From IMG/VR virus record IMGVR_UViG_3300031951_000008: a stretch of DNA of 64,000 bases; one strand, written 5' to 3'. The DNA is from a virus (lineage: Duplodnaviria; Caudoviricetes). Position numbers and translations under genes: made by a program. Positions 1 through 9,178 of the stretch are shown here, in pieces (position 1 is the stretch's first letter; each line of letters begins with the position of its first letter). The notes below the pieces were generated by a model. That model searched no databases. It had not been told where the DNA came from and saw nothing but the letters and a program-made list of their open reading frames with translations.

Positions 1-23
1 GGACGAAGTCGAAGAGGAAGCAA

Positions 24-356
24 GTGAGTAATCCCAAATACGGCACGGGTGATACAGTCTACCTTCGAGAATCTGCTGCTATAGGTATTTTAGAGGCTTG
101 GAGAATAGGGTCAGTATCTAGTAACTATCCTGGCCAATGGTTATATACTGTTGAGGCTGCGAGGTCTCAGCCGACTTCCGGTAGCTTTGTCGGCGATAGA
201 AAGCAATTAGTAACAGGTGTTACAGTATTTTATACGGAAGACAGTTTTGTTAGCTTTTGTGAGGCATTATCAATAGCCAGACAAACACTGACTGCTCGTC
301 TAGAACATATTGATTCATTATTAGCTGCTAATTGTGATTTAGGCACCGACAGTTAA
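24..356 (+). CDS. hypothetical protein
   Basis: 110 aa GTG-start ORF whose stop overlaps the helicase ATG (TAATG). Confidence 0.7.
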   Translation: MSNPKYGTGDTVYLRESAAIGILEAWRIGSVSSNYPGQWLYTVEAARSQPTSGSFVGDRKQLVTGVTVFYTEDSFVSFCEALSIARQTLTARLEHIDSLLAANCDLGTDS

Positions 357-1777
357 TGGACACGCTCGATCAACTTACTGAACTAGACGATCAACAAGAA
401 AAAACAGCTGACGATGGTCATAATAAGCCATTCAAGCACCTTCAAGAGGAAGCAATAATATCTCTTGCTCTGGATCATCCAGAGTTTTTCGCTTCAGTTA
501 TTTCTCACATTAAGCCGCAATTATTTTCAAGGCTTGAAACCGCTTTAGTTATTGCTGAACTTCTTAATCTATATGAAAAATTCGATATTATTCCATCGCG
601 TGGTATACTCAAGGACCACATGGAGTCCAAGATAACTGTCGATGATCCATACGAAGAAATATTAAGGCTTATCGAGAGAAAGTCTGATTACCGCGAAGTA
701 CCGATTGTTAAAGATTTATTGCTTCAATGGGCACGGCAGAAGGCATTTGGTCTTATCTATAAAAAGGATGCTATTGACGCATTTCAAGAGGGTAACTATG
801 CCTATATTCAAAAGATACTTGATGACGCAAATCGCATTGTAGATGTAGGAGACAGTACTGGGCTTTGGTTATTCGAAAACTTAGATATCATATTTGAGCC
901 AGACTTATCAGAGCACAGGACAACAGGGTTTCCACGGTTAGATAAATTATTAAATAATGGCGGCCCTTCCCCGAAAGAAGTGTTATGTTGGTTAGCTCCA
1001 ACTAATGTCGGCAAATCGATCTTGCTGTGCAACAATGCAATGTCATCGTATATGGGACCGGGACCTGGTGGCACACTTGGACAAGATGTTCTATTCATTA
1101 CCTATGAGTTAGATGTAGTCAAGACAGCAATGCGATGCATCGCTGCTACTACTAAGATACCTATTAACTCTCTGCTAGATCATCAGCAGATGGCTAAGCG
1201 GCAGTTCAGCACTATGTCTAGCACATATAAGAAGAAGATTTATTTCCATGAATGGGCACCAGAAGAATGTAGTGTTGATCATATCTATCAGTTATTGGCA
1301 AGTCTAAAACGAACTCATGGCTGGAAACCAGACGTAATTGTCATTGACTACATGGATTTGATGATATCTCGCCGTGAAGCTTACAACAGCGACGATTATA
1401 ATAGACAGAAACACGTAGCTACAGAGCTTAGAGGTCTAGCCAAAAAAGAAAATGTTTTATTGTTCACTGCTACTCAAACTAATCGTAGCGGTATGGATGA
1501 TGCTTTAATTGATTTGAACAAGAAGGCTGAAAGCTTCGGTAGCAACTTCGCTTTAGACTATGTTATTAGTCTAAATCAATCGATCGATGAAAGGACGCAA
1601 GTGCCAGCACAGTTACGTATGTTCATAGCTAAAAACCGTAATGGTCCTAAGCATGAAACTATAACATGTGAAATTAACTACAGTAACATGGTGATAACAG
1701 AAGTACATAACCAGCTGACATTAAACGTTGATAAGTCCACGGAAAGCGTAAATACTACACATAAGAGGAAATCATGA
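356..1777 (+). CDS. replicative DNA helicase, DnaB/T4 gp41-like
   Basis: Walker A APTNVGKS, Walker B IVIDYMD, TATQTNR, and IAKNRNGP arginine-finger motif typical of SF4 helicases. Confidence 0.92.
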   Translation: MDTLDQLTELDDQQEKTADDGHNKPFKHLQEEAIISLALDHPEFFASVISHIKPQLFSRLETALVIAELLNLYEKFDIIPSRGILKDHMESKITVDDPYEEILRLIERKSDYREVPIVKDLLLQWARQKAFGLIYKKDAIDAFQEGNYAYIQKILDDANRIVDVGDSTGLWLFENLDIIFEPDLSEHRTTGFPRLDKLLNNGGPSPKEVLCWLAPTNVGKSILLCNNAMSSYMGPGPGGTLGQDVLFITYELDVVKTAMRCIAATTKIPINSLLDHQQMAKRQFSTMSSTYKKKIYFHEWAPEECSVDHIYQLLASLKRTHGWKPDVIVIDYMDLMISRREAYNSDDYNRQKHVATELRGLAKKENVLLFTATQTNRSGMDDALIDLNKKAESFGSNFALDYVISLNQSIDERTQVPAQLRMFIAKNRNGPKHETITCEINYSNMVITEVHNQLTLNVDKSTESVNTTHKRKS

Positions 1778-2016
1778 AGGTAAGAGTCGTCCTTGAAGTT
1801 GAGGTATCTGAAACCATTGCCGATACTATGTATCGCACCGGTTTCACAGTGTGTGCTGATGGTTCCTCGATGCAAGTGACGATCCCGAATACACCGGCGA
1901 TACCAAAACGTAAGACAAAATTTGTGTTCATCGATAATCCTAAGATTGATCTTAAGAATGTTATCGATGGTGAATCGGTGCGGACTAAAACTAGCAAGAA
2001 GGACAAGGATAACTAG
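1774..2016 (+). CDS. hypothetical protein
   Basis: 80 aa ORF, ATGA overlap with helicase stop, abuts next gene. Confidence 0.65.
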   Translation: MKVRVVLEVEVSETIADTMYRTGFTVCADGSSMQVTIPNTPAIPKRKTKFVFIDNPKIDLKNVIDGESVRTKTSKKDKDN

Positions 2017-2451
2017 ATGGCAAAAAGCGAAAAATTACAGCTTGAACTACAAAACGACGCTACAAAGAAAAGTGTCATTATCCCTGATTTGGCTAATGAC
2101 CAAGTCGCTAGGCAAGATAGTGATACGGTCCAAATTAAGCCTATCGAATGCCTGAATGACTTTGTCGCCGTTTTGAAATCTCAAGTGAAGTCAACAATTG
2201 AGCTTGGTGACGCTAAATTTAAAAACGAAGGCATGGTAGTAGGCATCGGCCCAGGCCTGCCGGATGGCTCAGGCTCCAGAGTAGCTTCTCAGTTATCCCT
2301 CGGCGATATGGTTATCTTTCGAGACAATGCTGTTGCTTTACAGCTTGACTCGGAAAATGGTCATTACGCTGGTCAAAGTATCGTGATTTTGTCAGAAAAG
2401 AGCCTTATTTGTAAGGCACCTAAGAAACCTTTCGTAGTGTTGAAGGATTAG
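2017..2451 (+). CDS. GroES-like cochaperonin (T4 gp31 analogue)
   Basis: IKPIECLNDFVAVLK...EGMVVGIGPG...LSLGDMVIF...IVILSEKSLIC follows the Cpn10 pattern (PL.DRV.V...G.VVAVGPG...VKVGD.V.F...I..E.DI). Confidence 0.8.
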   Translation: MAKSEKLQLELQNDATKKSVIIPDLANDQVARQDSDTVQIKPIECLNDFVAVLKSQVKSTIELGDAKFKNEGMVVGIGPGLPDGSGSRVASQLSLGDMVIFRDNAVALQLDSENGHYAGQSIVILSEKSLICKAPKKPFVVLKD

Positions 2452-2913
2452 TTGATTATGGCTTTCTACGATTACGCTTGTAAAGATTGTTTGGATAAGC
2501 TCGTAGAAAGCGTAGGTGACCGTGAGATCACAGATCAAGAATATCAAGACCTTGTGTTGTTTGAAACAACACATGGTCTTTTCCCCACTGACGAAGAGTT
2601 AAAATTAGCCACTACCTGCCCCAGATGCGGCGGTAACAATTGCACGAAGTCATTGCAAAACTCTAAGGTGATTAGTTACATTCGTGGTAATGGCTATTTG
2701 GACAAAGCCGGTGCAAAAAGGGACATGAACAAGTTTAAGGTGCAACAGGAAGATCCATACGCTCAATATCGCCAGCCGGGCGAAGTTGATGAAATAGTCA
2801 ACAATCTAAATAAAGCTGGTAAGCATAATCCTAATACCAAACATTTTCTTGCTACCAGCACGAAGTCGATGGCAGAAGCCGTCAAAAAATCTATTAATAA
2901 CACAGCAGAATAA
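2452..2913 (+). CDS. FmdB-family zinc-ribbon protein
   Basis: N-terminal FYDYACKDC and CPRCGG, the YxYxCxxC...CPxCG pattern. Confidence 0.7.
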   Translation: MIMAFYDYACKDCLDKLVESVGDREITDQEYQDLVLFETTHGLFPTDEELKLATTCPRCGGNNCTKSLQNSKVISYIRGNGYLDKAGAKRDMNKFKVQQEDPYAQYRQPGEVDEIVNNLNKAGKHNPNTKHFLATSTKSMAEAVKKSINNTAE

Positions 2914-2941
2914 ATGCTGATGCTTACTGTGTTTTAATAAC

Positions 2942-4171
2942 GTGAAACAAGTAAGCTTTGTAACTATACTTAATCAAGACGGAATAAAGCCATGTTGTGC
3001 TGGCTTCAAGATCGGTGATAATTACTATATATACGACCTCTACCGCACTGGCGTTAAAAGGCCGATTAAAGAAGTTAAGAAGTCTATATCCAAGATCAAT
3101 GAATTATTAAATAAGATCAACGATACAGGCAGCCCTATAGTCACGACTGGCTTTAAAAAGCTATTAGGGATTTATGATTTACCGATCGATGATAGAGACT
3201 ATAACATATACGATTTGCACATCGATATTAATAACCCTTTAGTTACAGTAGGTTCTCAAAGCAAAGACGCAGAAAACATTAAAAACATCTTAGATAGATT
3301 TTCTAAAGTTACGGTCAAACCATATCAAAAGCTTTTGGCCAATGCGTCGATCGTTTATAAAGATCTTGAAAATACAGGATTCTACGTTAATGATGTCTTA
3401 GTCCATCCCCAATGGTCGCTTGATACATTTTCGGGGAGAAGTAAGTCTTTAGGATTTAATATACAAGGCCATAGTGAAAACGATTATTTTTATACGATCT
3501 CTAATAATCGTAACTCTGTTCTAATTCATTTTGACTGGATATCCGCAGATATTCGGGCAGCGTCAATTTTGGCTAAAGATGATATTCTAGCAAGGAGTTT
3601 TAACGAATCTGATCCTTATACGTACATGCAGAATATCATAAACGCTGGTCAGGAATCAGACCTAATAGACAGAGATGAATGCAAGTTATACTTGTTAAAG
3701 TCCATTAACTCTATGAATGTCGACACGGGAGCGATTTCTGATATTTATCCGAAGCTTTGTAGGTGGATTTATAAATGCGGGGAAAAGACAAAAGAAGCAA
3801 ATGGTGGTTTATCGACAATCTTGGACAGGCAGTTTAAAGTATCTAGAGCAAAGAATACTCTTGCAGTTTTGAATGGTGCAATGCAGGGTACTGTAGCTCA
3901 TGCCATGCAAAATGTTATGAGACAAGTTTGGCTCAGTTGCAAGCCCTATCTTCTTACTGATATTCATGATTCTTTGGTCCTATCGGTGCCAAATGAGAGG
4001 CAAGTCATTAGGTCGGCGATTAAGTTAGTAGCTCCGATCATGATGCATCCGTTTAAAGGCATAATAGAGCATGACCATGTTTTTCCGCTAAAGGTAAGTA
4101 TAGGGACAAAGTGGAAAAATTGGAAATTGTATAAGACATACAGGAACGATCATGACTGTGAACAAAGCTAA
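2942..4171 (+). CDS. short, divergent family A DNA polymerase-like protein
   Basis: TFSGRS (cf. TGRLSS), motif A-like DWISADIR, motif B-like RDECK, QGTVAH (cf. QGTAAD), motif C-like IHDSLVL; only 409 aa. Confidence 0.75.
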   Translation: MKQVSFVTILNQDGIKPCCAGFKIGDNYYIYDLYRTGVKRPIKEVKKSISKINELLNKINDTGSPIVTTGFKKLLGIYDLPIDDRDYNIYDLHIDINNPLVTVGSQSKDAENIKNILDRFSKVTVKPYQKLLANASIVYKDLENTGFYVNDVLVHPQWSLDTFSGRSKSLGFNIQGHSENDYFYTISNNRNSVLIHFDWISADIRAASILAKDDILARSFNESDPYTYMQNIINAGQESDLIDRDECKLYLLKSINSMNVDTGAISDIYPKLCRWIYKCGEKTKEANGGLSTILDRQFKVSRAKNTLAVLNGAMQGTVAHAMQNVMRQVWLSCKPYLLTDIHDSLVLSVPNERQVIRSAIKLVAPIMMHPFKGIIEHDHVFPLKVSIGTKWKNWKLYKTYRNDHDCEQS

Positions 4172-4427
4172 GAAGCTAATTAGGAGAACTAAGCGTAAGA
4201 AGAAGATAGCTAAAAAGAAGCTAGAGAGTCAAGCTAAGTATAATGCCAAGTTAGCCAAAGAGGCATTAGTGCCTATAAACATCACGCCTATATCATATCG
4301 GGCTTTCGATAAGTCAGCGTGGAATACTACTACACCAAGTCAAAGTCACAATGTATTGGGACACTTGGCTACTAAAAAGACTAATGGCTTCGATAGGGCG
4401 AGTTGGAACAATGAGCAAAGAACGTAA
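4152..4427 (+). CDS. hypothetical basic protein
   Basis: 91 aa Lys-rich ORF with two FDxxxWN motifs. Confidence 0.55.
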   Translation: MTVNKAKKLIRRTKRKKKIAKKKLESQAKYNAKLAKEALVPINITPISYRAFDKSAWNTTTPSQSHNVLGHLATKKTNGFDRASWNNEQRT

Positions 4428-4941
4428 GTTACCGTCTTGGATAACCGAATATGTGCTGACGGTTAGTCCAGAGTTAGCTAGTACTTCTCTGTTTCGTTTC
4501 AATGTTAAACTACAAATAACAGACGAGCACAATAAACCGAAGACTTTAACGGTAGATATGTTACCAGATCTCGACTTGGATTACGAAATCCTCGAAGAGC
4601 AAATGGAGCAAATACCAGGACAGTACGCTTTCTGGTCTGCAGTATTCTCAGAAGTTAAGATGGGAGTAGCGGTAGCAGACCGTAAGCTGAAGATGAGATA
4701 TGGAGCGGTTGTTGAGAAGATTCAGGAAGAGTCTAATAAGAATGGTGTCAAATTAACTGCGGAGGTGATAAAAAGAATAGCGGAATCAGATCAAGATGTT
4801 GTGAAAGCAGACCTAGCTTACCAGATGGCCCAAATGCAAGCCGGTAAGCTGTTTCACATGTTAGAAGCATTGAAAATGAAAAGCGAATTAGCTAGATCAC
4901 TAGCTGGATTCAAACGAAATGAAAGAGATTACACAAGCTAA
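4411..4941 (+). CDS. UvsY-like recombination mediator (putative)
   Basis: Helical protein (LDLDYEILEEQMEQIPGQYAFW...LEALKMKS) directly upstream of the SSB; start placed at ATG 4411 (MSKERK) rather than 4351. Confidence 0.55.
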   Translation: MSKERKLPSWITEYVLTVSPELASTSLFRFNVKLQITDEHNKPKTLTVDMLPDLDLDYEILEEQMEQIPGQYAFWSAVFSEVKMGVAVADRKLKMRYGAVVEKIQEESNKNGVKLTAEVIKRIAESDQDVVKADLAYQMAQMQAGKLFHMLEALKMKSELARSLAGFKRNERDYTS

Positions 4942-4976
4942 ACCAAAATCAAAGCAAAAAGGAAAAAGGGCGAAAT

Positions 4977-6116
4977 ATGCCATACGACATCAATCAAATC
5001 AGAAACAACATTCAAAAAGCAGTTAGCGGCAAAAGAAACGATCCGGATGAATTTAAACCGGCTAAGGTAGACCAGAATAATACCGAGGGCATCAAATACC
5101 GTTTCTACGTTTTACCACCTTTTTCTGTGGGAGAGACGTTAAAAGGCGGGTCTATCGCTAAGGCGACCATGGAAAATTTTTTCATCCAGCATGGTCAGCA
5201 TTGGATTAATTCTAAACCATACTCTTGCCCTAGAGTATGGGACGGCACAAAGTGTGATCTATGCAATTTCGGCTTCGAACTGCTGAAAAAAGCAAAAGCA
5301 AACAGTGCTTCCGATGAGCAAAAGAGAGCTATTAGCAGTCAATGGATGCCATCGACGTACTACATGATGAATATCTTCTTCACTAACTTCAAGGGTAATC
5401 CTGAAGAGTTAAGAGGGAAGGTTAGATATTTTAACGCTACTAAGGGCGTTATCGATCTTCTAACCGCAGCCGCCATGCGGGATGAAAGCGACCCAGAAGA
5501 TCCTAGTGCGTATGGTGTATTTTTCGATCCTGATAACGCTTTTGCGTTTGACTTGTCGGTAAAACCAGACGGAAAGTTCAACAGCTATAAAAGCTCGACT
5601 TTCTACGTTAATAATGGTATCCCCGTCCCGATGATTAAGTTAGCAGACGGGACTGCAGATGAAAAGAGCATCGCTAAGCTATTGGCGAACCGCGTCAACT
5701 TGTTTGATAAGATCGAGCTACCTGATCCAGATAAGATCACTAGGCTTGCTAACAGCATCCTTGCTGGAGACGATGAGGATTCAGGTGGGTTCGATCAAGA
5801 CGAAGCCACTTTTACAGATGCACCTCAGACTCAAGCAACTAGCAAGCCTGCCGCGACTACTCAGAAGTCAGCTTCTAAACCAGTATCTAAGATGACATCT
5901 GAAGAGGTCGGTAAAGCTCTATTACCGGACCCAGAAGACGAAGTTGTAGGCTTCGTCGAAGAGCAACCGGCAGAAGCACCCAAACCAAAGGCAAAGGCGG
6001 CAGCAGAAAAGCCCACAGAAAAGCCTGCAGAACCAGCACCAAAGCCTAAGGCAGCACCTATCCCTGAGGACGACGATGACGGCCTGGCTGACATCCTAAG
6101 CCAGCTTGACGACTGA
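4977..6116 (+). CDS. single-stranded DNA-binding protein, T4 gp32-like
   Basis: RFYVLPP, H...CP...CDLC Zn-binding motif, long Pro/Ala/Lys linker and acidic tail DDDDGLADILSQLDD. Confidence 0.85.
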   Translation: MPYDINQIRNNIQKAVSGKRNDPDEFKPAKVDQNNTEGIKYRFYVLPPFSVGETLKGGSIAKATMENFFIQHGQHWINSKPYSCPRVWDGTKCDLCNFGFELLKKAKANSASDEQKRAISSQWMPSTYYMMNIFFTNFKGNPEELRGKVRYFNATKGVIDLLTAAAMRDESDPEDPSAYGVFFDPDNAFAFDLSVKPDGKFNSYKSSTFYVNNGIPVPMIKLADGTADEKSIAKLLANRVNLFDKIELPDPDKITRLANSILAGDDEDSGGFDQDEATFTDAPQTQATSKPAATTQKSASKPVSKMTSEEVGKALLPDPEDEVVGFVEEQPAEAPKPKAKAAAEKPTEKPAEPAPKPKAAPIPEDDDDGLADILSQLDD

Positions 6117-6139
6117 GAATTTTGGACCCATCGTAAAGT

Positions 6140-6167
6140 CTTGAGCCAGGCGATCACCTGGCTCAAG
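6140..6167 (+). other. perfect 11-bp stem-loop between SSB and RNase H genes
   Basis: CTTGAGCCAGG-cgatca-CCTGGCTCAAG; no U-tract follows. Confidence 0.75.
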
Positions 6168-6184
6168 GCGTATAGAGGATAAAT

Positions 6185-7024
6185 ATGACTGACACTGCTA
6201 TGTTCGTTGACGTAAGAAATGCGATGTATAGGGCAGTATATGCTCAGAAACAGAACCTAGCTAAGAGGAAAAGTGCTTATCATGGGGTATATTATCTATT
6301 AAGATTTATAGCAGAATGGACTGAGGTAATTAAGCCTACTTCAATTCACATATTTTGGGACGCACCAAGGAGTGAAGTGTGGAGGAGAAAGCTATACTCA
6401 GAATATAAAGCCAGGCCTAACTCATATTATATGGACATATCAAAGGATCTGGCTGAAATATCTGTAGTGGCCGAGGAGCTATTCCAATACCTAAATTTCA
6501 GACAGTACAGTCGAAAAGCGATGGAAGCTGACGATTTGATTTATGCTGCGGCTGCAGTAAGGCACCCTGGAAGGAACGTTATAGTGTCTACTGATAGTGA
6601 TTTGACACAGATTCCGTTTTATTTTAATAGCTGTGTGATATATAATCCACAAGAAAAGGTATTTGCAGAAACTCCTGCTAGAAATCCAGCATTAGAAAAA
6701 GCTGTAATAGGTGATAAATCTGACAATATTAAAGGATACCAAGGAATCGGTCCTAAAAAAGGTGGAGTGATCTTGGAAAGCTATGGTAGACTTTCAGAGT
6801 TTTGTGCGGAAAGAGGCTGGGATTCTTTAAGGCTTAATTTATTGTTAACGGATCTATCTCTCAACCCTAAATTATACAATAATAAGGTTTATGCTATGAA
6901 GGTCTTAGGCCAGGATGTAGCGTTTGATAAATCACAGATAATAGAAGTAATAAGAAAACATAAGATTACGGGTATTGAAACAAATTTTTCAGAGATGATA
7001 TACCCTTTCCAAAGTCTGGTTTAA
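6185..7024 (+). CDS. 5'-3' exonuclease / RNase H (T4 rnh, FEN superfamily)
   Basis: FWDA...WRRKLYSEYKARP, EADDLI, IVSTDSDLTQ, GDKSDNIKGYQGIGPKK (H3TH motif). Confidence 0.92.
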   Translation: MTDTAMFVDVRNAMYRAVYAQKQNLAKRKSAYHGVYYLLRFIAEWTEVIKPTSIHIFWDAPRSEVWRRKLYSEYKARPNSYYMDISKDLAEISVVAEELFQYLNFRQYSRKAMEADDLIYAAAAVRHPGRNVIVSTDSDLTQIPFYFNSCVIYNPQEKVFAETPARNPALEKAVIGDKSDNIKGYQGIGPKKGGVILESYGRLSEFCAERGWDSLRLNLLLTDLSLNPKLYNNKVYAMKVLGQDVAFDKSQIIEVIRKHKITGIETNFSEMIYPFQSLV

Positions 7025-7033
7025 AAGGATAAG

Positions 7034-7291
7034 ATGATGGCTTCAATACACGTTGCATACTTAGGGCAATTCACAGTAAATCAATCTGGCAGCAGAATCG
7101 ATAAGACCAACCCGAATACACCAATATCGGCTATGCTCAACACTTCGATGGCCACTTTGGTCATACAAGACAGTACTATACCAAACACTCAAAATTATCC
7201 AAATCTTAAGTCCTATTTAGAGGCTGAAACAGCCGATGGGTATGTACTACAGCATCTAAGCCAGAATATAGTAATTACCTATAAACAATAA
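7034..7291 (+). CDS. hypothetical protein
   Basis: 85 aa ORF, stop overlaps next ATG. Confidence 0.65.
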   Translation: MMASIHVAYLGQFTVNQSGSRIDKTNPNTPISAMLNTSMATLVIQDSTIPNTQNYPNLKSYLEAETADGYVLQHLSQNIVITYKQ

Positions 7292-7998
7292 TGGGCAAAC
7301 GAATACAGGTCTATTTAAACAATAATTACGATAGGACTTTAGCACCAGTACCAGCTGATCGTTATCCCGGCTGGTTCGATGATAATAGTAAAACAGTCGA
7401 TCATGCCAGACACTGCTTACCTCTGGCGATGGCTAGTAGCTTAGGATATTACATCTTATCGCCTGGTACGTTTATGGTATCATGGGACGGCAATACACAA
7501 TCGAACGCTAAGATTACACATATAGACAAGTCGTCGCACTATATAGTCGACGATCATGCGGCATTCGGCTCTTTTACAGTATCAGCACAATTCATACCCG
7601 TCACGGACGACCCAGGTGATTTTGTGATGATAAAGAATCTACCAAACATGCGTGGATTACCATATACATGCATGGAGGCGATGATTGAAGCATGGTGGAG
7701 TGTAGCGAACTTTGGCTTAGTGTTTATGCTAAACCAACCTGGAGAATTCATTATAAATAAGGGCCAGCCTATCGCACAAATGTGCTTGTATCACGGGTTA
7801 GCTGGTTCTGCTAACTTAGAGTTTTTAGATGGGTATCCGCAACAGCACCAAGGGTGGCTCAAGAAGCGTAGAAGGCCTGGATACAAAAAAGATTTAGATT
7901 ATATGAAGGGTAAAACCCATGACAATCAGTCTGTCCCTTATCATATAACAAATTGGAAAGACGCTTTAAAATTCGAGGAGATAAATGATGGCCAGTAG
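7291..7998 (+). CDS. DUF6065-like protein
   Basis: RHCLPLAMASSLGYYILSP resembles the CLPL..AN..GW.I..P signature as I recall it. Confidence 0.5.
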   Translation: MGKRIQVYLNNNYDRTLAPVPADRYPGWFDDNSKTVDHARHCLPLAMASSLGYYILSPGTFMVSWDGNTQSNAKITHIDKSSHYIVDDHAAFGSFTVSAQFIPVTDDPGDFVMIKNLPNMRGLPYTCMEAMIEAWWSVANFGLVFMLNQPGEFIINKGQPIAQMCLYHGLAGSANLEFLDGYPQQHQGWLKKRRRPGYKKDLDYMKGKTHDNQSVPYHITNWKDALKFEEINDGQ

Positions 7999-8686
7999 AG
8001 AAGAAATGTCACGCATTGGCAAGTCTAATGTCAGCAGATCAAAAAGCCACGAGCGGAAAATCGCTAAGCTTCTACAGGAGTTCACAGGCGTTGAATTTAG
8101 GAGACGTAGAGTAGAAGGTCGAGACTCTACTGTCATAGAGAGAGAATCTACAGCAGACGTGATACCTGTCAAAGGCGAAATCATATACTCGGTAGAAGCG
8201 AAGTGTGGAAAGTTCCCATCTTTTGATAATCTCCTATCTAACCCTAGCGGTAACATTTTCGTTGAATGGTGGCATCAAGCGACTTATGACGCTTTTTTGC
8301 TTAATAAACTAGCATACCGAGCAATATACGATAAGGATATACCGCCAAGTTATGAAACACAGTGGGATATACGTGAAGTGTTGCCATTGAAGGAACGTAA
8401 ATTTCCAATGCTATTTTTTAGACCCGGCACTGGTTTTAACTGGGTAGCAGTAGCGGAAGATTCATTTATGGTGCTGAAGCAGAAGACTGAAGGCCTTAAT
8501 AGCTCGAAAAAACCAGAATTCCCACATTTATATTATGATTTAAGTTATTTGGGAGAGGTAACTCACGATGTGTCGCATTCCAAAAAGAATAAAATTCTTA
8601 AACCTCTAAAACTTCCGTCCATGTTTATGATGAGATGGAAAGATTTCGCTGAGAACATAATACCAGGTTCATTGTTTGTTGAATAA
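7985..8686 (+). CDS. Holliday junction resolvase-like PD-(D/E)xK nuclease
   Basis: GKS...SHERKIAKLL, ADVI, SVEAK match the Hjc-type E...PD...ExK arrangement. Confidence 0.7.
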   Translation: MMASREEMSRIGKSNVSRSKSHERKIAKLLQEFTGVEFRRRRVEGRDSTVIERESTADVIPVKGEIIYSVEAKCGKFPSFDNLLSNPSGNIFVEWWHQATYDAFLLNKLAYRAIYDKDIPPSYETQWDIREVLPLKERKFPMLFFRPGTGFNWVAVAEDSFMVLKQKTEGLNSSKKPEFPHLYYDLSYLGEVTHDVSHSKKNKILKPLKLPSMFMMRWKDFAENIIPGSLFVE

Positions 8687-8762
8687 TCACTATGCCATAT
8701 CGGTGAAAATTTTATAATAGCGTTAGACTTCGACCTGATATGCTTCATAGTCGGATATAAAA

Positions 8763-8918
8763 ATGGCTTGCTGCGGTAAAAAGATAATGTTAAAGGTAGC
8801 TATTCCTTCTACTACTAAGCAGGTCAAGGTTAACCCGTTAGCTGTGAAGAGAGATAAGCCTCCTCTAAAAACAGTAAAGGCATATAAAGCCAATAACTCG
8901 GAAAAGTATAGGGTGTAA
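8763..8918 (+). CDS. small basic protein starting MACCG (below the ORF-track cutoff)
   Basis: Translated by hand: MACCGKKIMLKVAIPSTTKQVKVNPLAVKRDKPPLKTVKAYKANNSEKYRV*, 51 aa, fills the gap and stops 2 nt before the next ATG. Confidence 0.6.
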   Translation: MACCGKKIMLKVAIPSTTKQVKVNPLAVKRDKPPLKTVKAYKANNSEKYRV

Positions 8919-8920
8919 CA

Positions 8921-9178
8921 ATGTGCTGCGGAAGTTCAAGAGCAATTAGATCGGTACAGGTCCCATCGAAGCAAAGCACCAGAGCTACACAGCCAAAGGT
9001 GATCGTCCAGAAGGTTAATAGGTCTAACAACAGGACTCAAGCGGTCAATATTAACAGGCAGTACGTTATACCACGTAAGACATGTCCAAAATGTCAGAAG
9101 CCAACAATGTTGGTATATATAGCTGGTAGAGAACGCGACCAGTGCACAAACAATGATTGTAGACATATCTTAACATGA
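8921..9178 (+). CDS. small basic protein starting MCCG with C-terminal Zn ribbon
   Basis: MCCGSS... and CPKC...CTNNDC. Confidence 0.65.
   Translation: MCCGSSRAIRSVQVPSKQSTRATQPKVIVQKVNRSNNRTQAVNINRQYVIPRKTCPKCQKPTMLVYIAGRERDQCTNNDCRHILT

Noticed and set aside
4942-4976. A-rich unstructured leader before the gp32-like SSB as an autogenous operator
   Set aside because: Plausible by analogy to T4 gene 32, but no pseudoknot was identified and A-rich leaders are common here.
5861-6166. Antisense ORF opposite the SSB C-terminus
   Set aside because: Shadow of the Pro/Ala/Lys low-complexity region; no independent signal.
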